Source of the DNA: an uncultured virus (IMG/VR IMGVR_UViG_3300008259_004750)
Lineage: Duplodnaviria; Heunggongvirae; Uroviricota; Caudoviricetes
Length of the DNA: 64,000 nt
IMG/VR virus record: IMGVR_UViG_3300008259_004750
Coordinates: 1 to 64,000 of that record
Direction: 5' to 3' (one strand)
This document shows, piece after piece, positions 1-8,813 of this stretch. The notes beneath the pieces were generated by a model. The model was not told where the DNA came from, did no database searches, and was given only the letters and a program-made list of their open reading frames with translations. A program made the translations under genes and the position numbers. How positions within the stretch are numbered: position 1 is the stretch's first letter; the number at the start of each line of letters is the position of its first letter.

Positions 1-68
1 ATGGCAACGATGTGCTCTTCAGGGTCGTTTCCTTCTAGAAACGCTTTGATTTCTTCTTGACTTGTCAT
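1..68 (-). CDS. 5' end of a gene running off the window (MTSQEEIKAFLEGNDPEEHIVA...), probably a phage family-B DNA polymerase
   Basis: Translated by hand from ATG at 68; open to the window edge and preceded by promoter elements. The product call rests on recalled resemblance to PolB N-termini of large freshwater phages, with only 22 codons visible. Confidence 0.45.
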   Translation of the reverse strand, partial: MTSQEEIKAFLEGNDPEEHIVA

Positions 69-120
69 AATTGATTGGTTTATTGGCTGCCGCGAAATTA
101 CGACATTTACCTTTCTATCA

Positions 121-149
121 ATTATAAATATTAAAGATTATGGAGTCAA
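121..149 (-). promoter_or_regulatory. sigma70-like promoter TTGACT-N17-TATAAT overlapping a TATTTATA motif
   Basis: Minus strand reads TTGACT ccataatctttaatatt TATAAT, about 50 nt upstream of the ATG at 68. Confidence 0.6.
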
Positions 150-152
150 ATA

Positions 153-2044
153 TTAAGTTATAACAAAATTTGGGTCAGTGTATGTGAAACTACCTCCACT
201 ATATGTTAAAGCTAATGTTAAAGTATCAAGGTTTCCATTAGTTATACTATAACACCATATTTGAAAATCCGTAGACCCAGTATTCAGTAATTTTGTACTA
301 CAATTAAACAAATATTGTCTATAAAAATTTGTAAAACTTTGGCCAACTGGTGTACAAGTTTGTGCCGATAAAGAATAAAGTGGACTTGTTGATGATGAAA
401 ATGGTAACGTATTATTACTCCACGTAATATAATTAAAAAATCCGGAATTTGTTGACCCTGAAACTGACTCACAGTCCATGTATTTTATTGTTCTTTGGTT
501 CCACGGATTAGTATAATAACTTCCAGTATTTGTTATTGCTGAAAAATTAGTAGAGGTTCCTGTTGAATTGTTATTTACTGTATTTACCGCGAATTGAAAT
601 CCTCCGGTGGCGGAGGTATCCTGTAAATGTTTCTCCAGTTGTGGTTCCACTAAGTGGACCTTCACTAACTGTGGTACAAGCACTATAATACCATGAAGAA
701 CTAGATTGTAACGCAGTTTCGTATGTTGTAATATAGTGAGACATATCATCGTACTGGTTAAACTCCATGTACACAACACCGACACAAGAAGGACAAGTTC
801 CACTAATATATTTTTGATAAAAAATAGTACTTGTATTATCAGAAACTGCACATGTTTGACTAATTATCGCAGGACTAAATACTCCGCTACGGGCACAATT
901 AGACCCATTAAAGAATAGTTTTTCATTTAATCCACTTCCGAATCTTGCACCTTGTGTCGGTATTAAATATGGTTCTGAATTTCCAGAACCAAATGCGTTA
1001 CTGTATGTATTAGTGATTCCTGGCACAATATCTTGAGTGTATATATAATAATCTGTATTACTGTAACTTTGGAAGGTGCATCCACTTAAACTATATAGAA
1101 CCCTTGTGTAACAAGATGCACTAAAATCAGATACTTGTTGGTCTTGATTATTATATTGATGTATCCGCAGACTTTGTAAAATTAGTCCATGTCATATTTG
1201 AATTTGGTAAATTATCACCTATGATAACTCTATCAAGAACTAGAGGTACAGGATAATTGGTGCCCGAATAACTAAAAGTAAACGTATCAGGTACAGAGAA
1301 TCCTCTAATTTTCCACGCGAAATAATTTGTTCCTGCGGATAATTGGAAGGTCGCTTGCAATGGAGGGGATTCGACTCCCTGACTCGCACCCGAAAAACTG
1401 TAAAAATGTGTATATGCACTTGTGGGTTGATTACCATTATCACAAGTAAGTGGGTTTACCGTTACCGCGCTAAAACAATCTAAATTAGCCATATAATAAC
1501 CAGTACCTCCTGTTTGTGAAAAAGTCACACCATTCGAAATTATTTTGTCAATGACAGGTGTATAAGTTCCGGCTTGTGCAAAAATTGCGGAAGTCCCTGT
1601 TAAAGGGTGTTCAAATTGGTAATCAAACTCATCACCATATCCACTTATATACCCCACGTTTGTAGAACTATTTGGGCCGTACCAATAAACTACATAATCC
1701 GAAACTTGGTCTTCACACGTTGTTAACAAATCACCGGCAACTATTTGACTTACCGTTGTTGCTGAAAGTAAATTAAATTCTAAATTACATACAAGACATA
1801 AGTCACTAGATTGTATTGGTATGTCTACACAACATCCACTACTATAATCTTTTAATCTTATTATAGTGGTGCCATCGGGTATTCCAGTTATAATATATGG
1901 ACAATTACCTCCAATAATAAGATTGGTGGCGACCGAACCAAAAGGGGGTTCAGAATACCCATCAAAATCGGTATAAAAATATAATGTAGCTCCTAGAGGT
2001 GTGTTACCGGTGTAAGTTAAACAAGTTGATGCTGAAAATGACAT
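153..2044 (-). pseudogene. Virion accessory (beta-rich, Cys/Thr/Ser-rich) protein gene split over three frames
   Basis: ORF 1151-2044 ends KSADTSI*. Another frame is open from about 1160 (HQYNNQDQQVSDFSASC...) into ORF 571-1026, which shifts near 620 into the frame of ORF 153-851 (DTSATGGFQFAVN...). Composition is the same throughout. Confidence 0.7.
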
Positions 2045-2070
2045 AATATATTTTTTATAAATATTGTTAT

Positions 2071-4152
2071 TTATTGATAATCATATGAAATACCTTCCAT
2101 ATCACAGTTATTACATTGGTTTGACGAAGGTGTTTGAGTTTTAGTTGATGTTACTGTAGTGGTATTTGTAGGAGTTACCGTTGGTGTTTTGGTATTTGTA
2201 GGGGTAAATGTTGGTGTTGGGGTATATGTAGGAGTTTGTGATTTAGTTGGGGCTAAAGTTTTTGTTGGGGTATATGTAGGAGTTTGAGTTGGTGTTTCCG
2301 TAACAGGAATTTTTTGGGTTTTTGATGGTGCGGGTGTTTTAGTTGGAGTTTCAGTTGGTTTTGGAGATATGTTATTTGTACTTGTAATAGTTTGAGTTGG
2401 GGTACTTGTTGGGTCAAAAGTTTTTGTTGGAGTTTTTGTCACTGAAATTGATGGTGTTACTGAAATTGTAACGGTATTTGTTAGTGTTGGGGTTTTTGTT
2501 GGTTCTAAAGATTTTGTTGGTGTATAAGTTGGTGTAGGTGTTTGACTTAATGGGATACATACAGGTCCAGCACAACTACCTACTAACACTCCATAAGCAC
2601 TTGTGGTATTATATACCTCACCATCAATAGCACAAATTGTGGTAGTAGTATCCCCCGAGGCAACCACTATTTCTGCAAAATCTAATGTTAAACAACTAAG
2701 GTAAATTAATCTACCAAACTCATATGGAGGAATTGTTACCACCCTATAACACATACAATTATATATTGGAGTAAAAGATGGTGTTGGAGTTTGAGTTGTT
2801 GTAGGTGTTAGTGTTGGAGTTTGAGTTGTTGTAGGTGTTAGTGTTTTAGTTTGAGTTACGGTTGATGTTATTGTTACTGTTGGAGTATTAGTTGGTTCTA
2901 TAGTTTTAGTAGGAGTTTTTGTTTGAGTATTAGTTGGTGTTACTGAAATATTTAATGTTGGAGTTGGAGTTAGAGTTGTTGTTTTTGTTGGGGGAGGAGT
3001 CCTCTCAGGTTCAGGGCAATCTATCGCAAAACTCCAAGCAGTACCTGGAAGTGGGGCTAAAATGTAAACAAATACACTAGTTGGAGATATTGTTGTTTTA
3101 TAAAACGGAACTGAGCCAATCCCAGGCCCTGAAACATTTGGATATCCTAAATCATTTAATTGTGAATTATATAATGAACTACCTCTAAATCCAGTGTTAA
3201 TTACTTCATTACCATCCCAAACAACAATAAACCTATCAGGAACTGAATACGCACTGAAATTTAGTGTTACTTGACCAACTAATGAACCAATTGATACTTC
3301 ATATACATATTCTCCACTACCACCATTTCTTAAATTTACAGTATCATTACAACTTGCAATTCCTTGAGGTGTTAAAGTTGGTTTAGGTGTATTTGTTGGT
3401 GTTTCTGTTAGTCTTGGCAGTCTTGTTTGAGTGTGGGTTGGAGTTGGTGTATTGGTAGTTATTGGTGTTGACGTTAATGTTTTTGTTGGGGTTTTTGTTG
3501 GTTCTAATGTTTTTGTGGGTGTGGGGGTTACTCTTTGAGTTTTTGTAGGTGTGTTTGTTGGCGTTTGACTTAATATTATGGGTTGTCTTTCGGGAGGTAT
3601 GGTTTGAGTTGGAGTTGGAGTTTGGGTTGGAGTGTTTGTTAATGTTGGAGTTGGAGTTTGGGTTGGAGTTTGGGTTCTAGTTGGTGCATTTGTTTTAGTT
3701 ACATTTGGTGTTGGTGGAATAGTCGGTGTTGGTGTGGGGGAACAAGGTATTCTTGACTTTGTTGGAGTTGGGGTTCTTGTTGGATTAATAGTTTTTGTAA
3801 GTGTGGGTTCTATTGTTAAAGTTGGGGTCGGTGATATTATACACGGATTAAAAGTTGGGGTCGGTGAACTGGTTATTGAAGGTGTAGATGTTTGAGTTTT
3901 AGTTAATGATATTGTAGGTGTATTAGTTGGTGTTGGTAATGGTGGATTAATATAATAAGGACAATTTGGTTCTGACTCTGTTAAAATAGTGTACGTACCG
4001 TAAATGTTTAACGGTGGAGTTGGCTCATAGGTGTACGGTAAAATTACGGTTCCTAAATTAATTACCTGGTCTGAATTAATAGGTTGGAATATAATCTGAG
4101 CAGATTCTCCATCGTAATGTATACTTTCTATTATTATTATTTCAGACGACAT
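2071..4152 (-). CDS. Mucin-like Pro/Thr-rich putative virion protein with an internal beta domain and a six-Cys module
   Basis: 693 aa; long TPT/TKT/TQT tracts separating globular segments (AYSVPDRFIVVWDG; CMC...C...C...C...C). Confidence 0.75.
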   Translation of the reverse strand: MSSEIIIIESIHYDGESAQIIFQPINSDQVINLGTVILPYTYEPTPPLNIYGTYTILTESEPNCPYYINPPLPTPTNTPTISLTKTQTSTPSITSSPTPTFNPCIISPTPTLTIEPTLTKTINPTRTPTPTKSRIPCSPTPTPTIPPTPNVTKTNAPTRTQTPTQTPTPTLTNTPTQTPTPTQTIPPERQPIILSQTPTNTPTKTQRVTPTPTKTLEPTKTPTKTLTSTPITTNTPTPTHTQTRLPRLTETPTNTPKPTLTPQGIASCNDTVNLRNGGSGEYVYEVSIGSLVGQVTLNFSAYSVPDRFIVVWDGNEVINTGFRGSSLYNSQLNDLGYPNVSGPGIGSVPFYKTTISPTSVFVYILAPLPGTAWSFAIDCPEPERTPPPTKTTTLTPTPTLNISVTPTNTQTKTPTKTIEPTNTPTVTITSTVTQTKTLTPTTTQTPTLTPTTTQTPTPSFTPIYNCMCYRVVTIPPYEFGRLIYLSCLTLDFAEIVVASGDTTTTICAIDGEVYNTTSAYGVLVGSCAGPVCIPLSQTPTPTYTPTKSLEPTKTPTLTNTVTISVTPSISVTKTPTKTFDPTSTPTQTITSTNNISPKPTETPTKTPAPSKTQKIPVTETPTQTPTYTPTKTLAPTKSQTPTYTPTPTFTPTNTKTPTVTPTNTTTVTSTKTQTPSSNQCNNCDMEGISYDYQ

Positions 4153-4172
4153 CCTTTAATATTAATTGAATT

Positions 4173-4229
4173 TTAAATTTTATCCACATGATGATTCAAA
4201 TGTCGCTTTAATTTAATAAAAAATTCCAT
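4173..4229 (-). pseudogene. Remnant of a deleted paralog of the MEFFIK... family
   Basis: TATTTATAAAATAAAatcttTGGATGGAATTTTTTATTAAA nearly duplicates the leader and start of the 6854 gene. It encodes MEFFIK and then joins out of frame to IKATFESSCG*. Confidence 0.65.
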
Positions 4230-4271
4230 CCAAAGATTTTATTTTATAAATACTTTGGTTATGGGAATTGG

Positions 4272-6854
4272 TTACCAAGTTTTTGTTGACGCAACTAATG
4301 AAATAAATGCAATAGGTCTACTTGTAAGTGAACTATATGGTGGCGTAAATCCGCTTGAATAGTACATCAATCTTGTTGATACGTCAACTGTGTTTGTTTT
4401 AGTTATTGATGGTGTTAAAGTATTTGTTCTTGTTAATGTTGGGGTAACTGATGTTGAAGTATTTGAAGGTGTAATTGAATTTGTCGGAGTTTACGTTTTC
4501 GTAATTGAAGGTGTTAGGGTTGGGGTCCTTGTTACTGTTGGAGTTGGGGGGGTGTTAGTTGAAGTTTTGGTTGGTGTATTGCTAGGTGTTTCGGTTACAG
4601 ACATTGTTGGGGTATTATTCGGGCTTTCAGTTATTGTTGGCGTGGTTGAATTAGTTGGTGTTGGGCTTGGTGGAGGGAATCCTTCAGTACACAATATATA
4701 TGAATAATTTTTAGTTCCGTCAGAAACAAATAGTTGATTATCCCCTAAGTTTGAGTAATGTATTTTTATATTATTTGGGGATGAGGATTGAACTCCTGGA
4801 GTTGGTTTATAAGTATATAAAATTGTGTTACTTGAGCAGTCATATTTTGTAATGTATAAAATAGATTCAAAATTAGAAGCTATATAAATTACATTATTTA
4901 CCTCATCTAATGTCATACTTACAGCCTCACCATAACTAGCCGAACTAAACTCTGAATAATTAACTATACTACCCGAAGAATAACTGGTAATTCTATTTTG
5001 TGTTGTTAAAACATAAATGTAGGTGTCAATTGGGTTATATAAAATTTGTTTGAATCCTGCAATACCTGAGTTAACAGAATCAACATAAGTATAATTGGCA
5101 TTAGTATCATACCTATCCATAGTAGTTCCGCTATTGACAATATACAAATAATTGTCATCTATCGAAACTGCCATGTCATAGTAACTAGAACCTGTTAATA
5201 AAATTGTCTTTGTTACAGACATTGTAGATGGGTCAACTATTTTTAATTCGTTACCTCCATAACCCAATACCAAAAAAATGCCAAAACTATCAAATACAAT
5301 TGGACCACCATCTACATTAGTAATTGTACTTACAGTATCTGTTGCCCAATCATAACCTAAAAGAGAAGTTTTGGATGCTTTTTGTATTGAAAACACATAA
5401 GATTGATTTGAAGCAACATAAGCAGTGTCTGTTGTAATTGTAAAATTAATAATATCCTGTATAAAATTTAATCCGCTATCAAAAACACTAGTTCTAATGG
5501 TGTTGACTTGATAAAGGTAGCTTCCGTCAGTGGTTACTGTGTAGGCACTTACACCGGTATATGCCGTTAAATATCCGGTTACAGACGGACAAATACCAAA
5601 TCCTGAAGTTATTGTTGGGGTTGGGGTAACCGAAGTATTAGTTGGTGTAGGAGTTACCGATGTTTCAGTTATTGTTGGTGTAATTGTAGGTGTTATCGTA
5701 TTGGTAAGTGTTGGGGTTAGGGTTATTGAAGTGGATGTATTGGTAGGTGTTGGGTTTGGTGTTCTGGTCGGTCTTGGGGGTTCAGGACATCCTGAATTGG
5801 TAATACATGTACCCCCTGTTATAATAGTCACCTGATATGCAAATTCGCCATATGCCAAAAATGTACCTTTTTTAAGACAAAGTGACACACTACTATCTGA
5901 AGGATAAATTACATCGGCGAATGAACTACCCGCGCAAGTTATACCGCTAATAGTAATAAAATAATCGTAAGTAAAGAATGATATACATTCGCAATTTGAT
6001 TCATTAGTCGTTGTAATTGTTGGAGTTTGAGTTGGAGTTTCAGTATTTGTTGGAGTTTGAGTTGGGGTTTGAGTTGGAGTATTAGTAATAAAAACAATAT
6101 CCGAATTAACAGTAATGTTACCTATTGTACCAAACCCTGGTGAGTTAATACCTCTAAATAATGATTCTTTAGTGAGTGAATAATAATCTTCATCTAATAT
6201 TACTTGACTAACTCCGCTTAAAGTATTTTGGTTTAGTGTTACTCCGCTTTGAATTATGATTACACCTCCAGAATTAGTTACCAACGCATTAGTGAATACA
6301 AATGATAAGTCATCTATAAAATATCTGTTTGATGTGATTATATAATCTATGATAATTGAACCTGGACTATATATTGCTCCTAAAACTAATTCATAGGGTA
6401 CCGGTGTTTGTGTTGGACTCGGTGTCGGTGTAGGAAAATTAACTAAAGTTGGTTTTTTGTTATTACAACAAGCAAAGTCAGAAACATAACAAGATGAATA
6501 CCCTAAATCTTCAGTAATAAAAGAATCAACTACGTTTACATATATTTTTTCATTTGTTGGTAACACATAAGTCCCATCATAATTTGATATAGTAAATTCA
6601 GACTCAAATCTACCTTCTTTTAATGTATCATTGTTTTGAAATTGATAGTATATGTAATAATTAGGTTTACTTCCACCAACACCTGCTGGTTTGTTGATTA
6701 TCTTTGGAATTCCCGTATCGACATTAGTCATAGAAAAAAACAAAGACGACAACTCTAAAGTGTTTAGAAAATTATCATAATCATTTCTTCCATTATCAAC
6801 TATGTTTAATTTTAAAAGGGGTAATGTCGCTCCTTTTTTTATGAAAAATTCCAT
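4272..6854 (-). CDS. Modular Pro/Thr-rich putative virion protein (MEFFIK N-domain, Ig-like module, six-Cys module, beta-propeller-like domain) with an in-frame TAA at 4491-4493
   Basis: 787-aa ORF. The same frame continues after the TAA for 72 codons (TPTNSITPSNTSTSVTPTLTRT...TKTW*) to 4272. Confidence 0.7.
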
Positions 6855-6987
6855 CCAGTAACTTTATTTTATAAATATTAAAGTTGTTGAAATACTTTTG
6901 TATTCTTTGACTTAATATAATTCTTTGGTCATTTTCATTATGTCTTTAGTAACCTAAGAGTGTCTTACTTTATAATTTTATATTAAT

Positions 6988-7236
6988 TCACATATTATTA
7001 GTTTTTAATAAATTGCGAAGTTCCTTTTTCTCCTCTTTTGTTATTGGTTTACTTTTAGTCATTATCACAATCTCTTTCAACTGCTCTTGGAAAAAAATAT
7101 CGTTTAGTGAGGTTTTTGCCTCTTCGCATTCCCTATATGTCATTTCATATGCATCTTTTATATCATCAACCCATGTTTCAGTTTCAATTGACTTTAAGTA
7201 TTTGTTATCTGTTGTTCTTTTTAATATTTTTACCAT
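6988..7236 (-). CDS. Hypothetical protein
   Basis: 82-aa ORF, ATG start, co-oriented and 12 nt from the upstream gene. Confidence 0.65.
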   Translation of the reverse strand: MVKILKRTTDNKYLKSIETETWVDDIKDAYEMTYRECEEAKTSLNDIFFQEQLKEIVIMTKSKPITKEEKKELRNLLKTNNM

Positions 7237-7248
7237 TTTTTTATTTTT

Positions 7249-8235
7249 TTAATCTGAATAAACTTCAAAAGTTAATGTTCCTGTAGAACAAAATTGATTT
7301 GCTTTGTTGGTGTTAATTGTTAAGAGAACACCACTACTACCATCATCCGAATAGGAACCCAAAAATCCCGTTACTTCATTAACATTTAATTGTGTTACCA
7401 ACTCTGATAAATCATTTACGGTGGTACCATCCCCAATAAAATTCTCAATGTAGGTTCCGTCACATAATAAATCTACACTAACGTTGTTAAAAGGATAAAT
7501 TGACCCAACAGTTCCATTTACCACAATAGGAGTTGTGTCAGTATTTTGTTTAATTTTTATTTCTACAGGAGTATAGTAAAGTAAATTACCAACAGTCTCT
7601 CCCGTGTTTAAATCCCAAACAGAAATATAAACAATATCATCTTTTGATGTGAGAGAACTAGTTTGAGCATAAAATTGAACTGATGCGGGAACTGGAACAG
7701 GGTAAGTTGTTAATTGGGTTAATACAGATGTTTTATCTCTTTCAAACGTGTTATAAATAGGGCCGGTAATATCATTAAAGGCGAAGTAAATACCCTCAAC
7801 AGGTCCAAAATTCATATCCCACGACAAGTCAAAACCAAAATTGTTTTCCATTACATCAACAACTAAATTACCGCTTGATACTAATTCAGAACCATTAATC
7901 CAAACCAAAGGAGTGTTACCAGTGGCGACAAATACACAATTTGTTTCATTTGTGTTTCCACTTATAACTTCAGCGATATTACTAAAATCATCACCTGGTT
8001 GATAGCTTGTAATAGTATATTCTTCACCAATTATTAGATAATAATTAAAACTATCTATACTAGTACCTGTTATTTGATTTGTTTGAGTCAATAAGGCTTT
8101 GTAATTTAATATATTACCATTTGATGTTATTGCCGAAATTGCTCCTTGATATGTTGTCCCACTGTCAACAAATGGGAATGTGCTTGTTGAGGTAGGGATA
8201 CCTAAAGGTAATTCTGAGATTTTTACGTTAGCCAT
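7249..8235 (-). CDS. Putative tail-fibre/structural protein
   Basis: N-terminal MANVKISELP motif common in phage fibre proteins; YKALLTQ...VMENNFG...W...GIY segment; TATTTATA upstream. Confidence 0.55.
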   Translation of the reverse strand: MANVKISELPLGIPTSTSTFPFVDSGTTYQGAISAITSNGNILNYKALLTQTNQITGTSIDSFNYYLIIGEEYTITSYQPGDDFSNIAEVISGNTNETNCVFVATGNTPLVWINGSELVSSGNLVVDVMENNFGFDLSWDMNFGPVEGIYFAFNDITGPIYNTFERDKTSVLTQLTTYPVPVPASVQFYAQTSSLTSKDDIVYISVWDLNTGETVGNLLYYTPVEIKIKQNTDTTPIVVNGTVGSIYPFNNVSVDLLCDGTYIENFIGDGTTVNDLSELVTQLNVNEVTGFLGSYSDDGSSGVLLTINTNKANQFCSTGTLTFEVYSD

Positions 8236-8288
8236 TTTTTAATTTTATTTATAAATATTTTTTATATAATATACGTGGGGTTTATTTA

Positions 8289-8766
8289 TTAAATACAAGG
8301 ATTATTATCCGATATAATATAATCCCCTTCTTCTGTTAAAATGTAATTACCAGTTTCATCTGTTAAGTATTCTATACAAGGGTTTGTTGGTGTTGGCGAA
8401 GGAGTATAACTTGGCGTTGGTGTTGGCGAAGGAGTATAACTTGGCGTTGGTGTTGGCGTTGGTGTTGCCTCAGGAGGAGCAATTATACAGCATTGATATT
8501 TTCCGACCCAGCATGACTCATAATCCAAATCATCTATAATAAAGATAATATTCTGAAGGTGTATTAGGGTCATCAAATTCTTTCTCTACGAATCCAGCAA
8601 ACGCGGAATTAATTTTTAATATACCCGTAGATATATTTTGCATAGAAAAATAGATAGTCGAGGTTTCAATAAATCGCATGAAATCTTCATACGACCCTCT
8701 ACCATCTTTTACAACTTGCATTTTTAATAACGGCAAAGTCGCATTTTTCCTAATAACAAACTCCAT
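8289..8766 (-). pseudogene. Paralog of the 6854 N-terminal domain, broken by an internal deletion and frameshift
   Basis: MEFVIRKNATLPLLK...EYYLYYR* aligns with MEFFIKKGATLPLLK...NYYIYYQ, and the second frame FIIDDLDYESCWVGKYQCC aligns with FITEDLGYSSCYVSDFACC. About 40 intervening codons are missing. Confidence 0.75.
8387..8466. repeat. 30-bp coding tandem repeat (TPSYTPSPTP x2+)
   Basis: gttggtgttggcgaaggagtataacttggc occurs twice in tandem. Confidence 0.8.
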
Positions 8767-8813
8767 TTGAACAGTTTGTTATATAAATAGTTTAGGATAT
8801 AAATTTATCCTAA

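Noticed and set aside
601..616. GC hairpin as a terminator or programmed frameshift element
   Set aside because: Only 6 bp, no U tract and no slippery heptamer at the junction
3632..4707. Val/Gly-rich plus-strand ORFs (3632-3895, 4390-4707)
   Set aside because: Antisense shadows of Thr/Pro codon repeats
6878..6987. 110-bp intergenic gap with a TTGACT hexamer as an RNA gene or promoter
   Set aside because: No convincing structure or properly spaced -10 element, and it points antisense to the flanking genes
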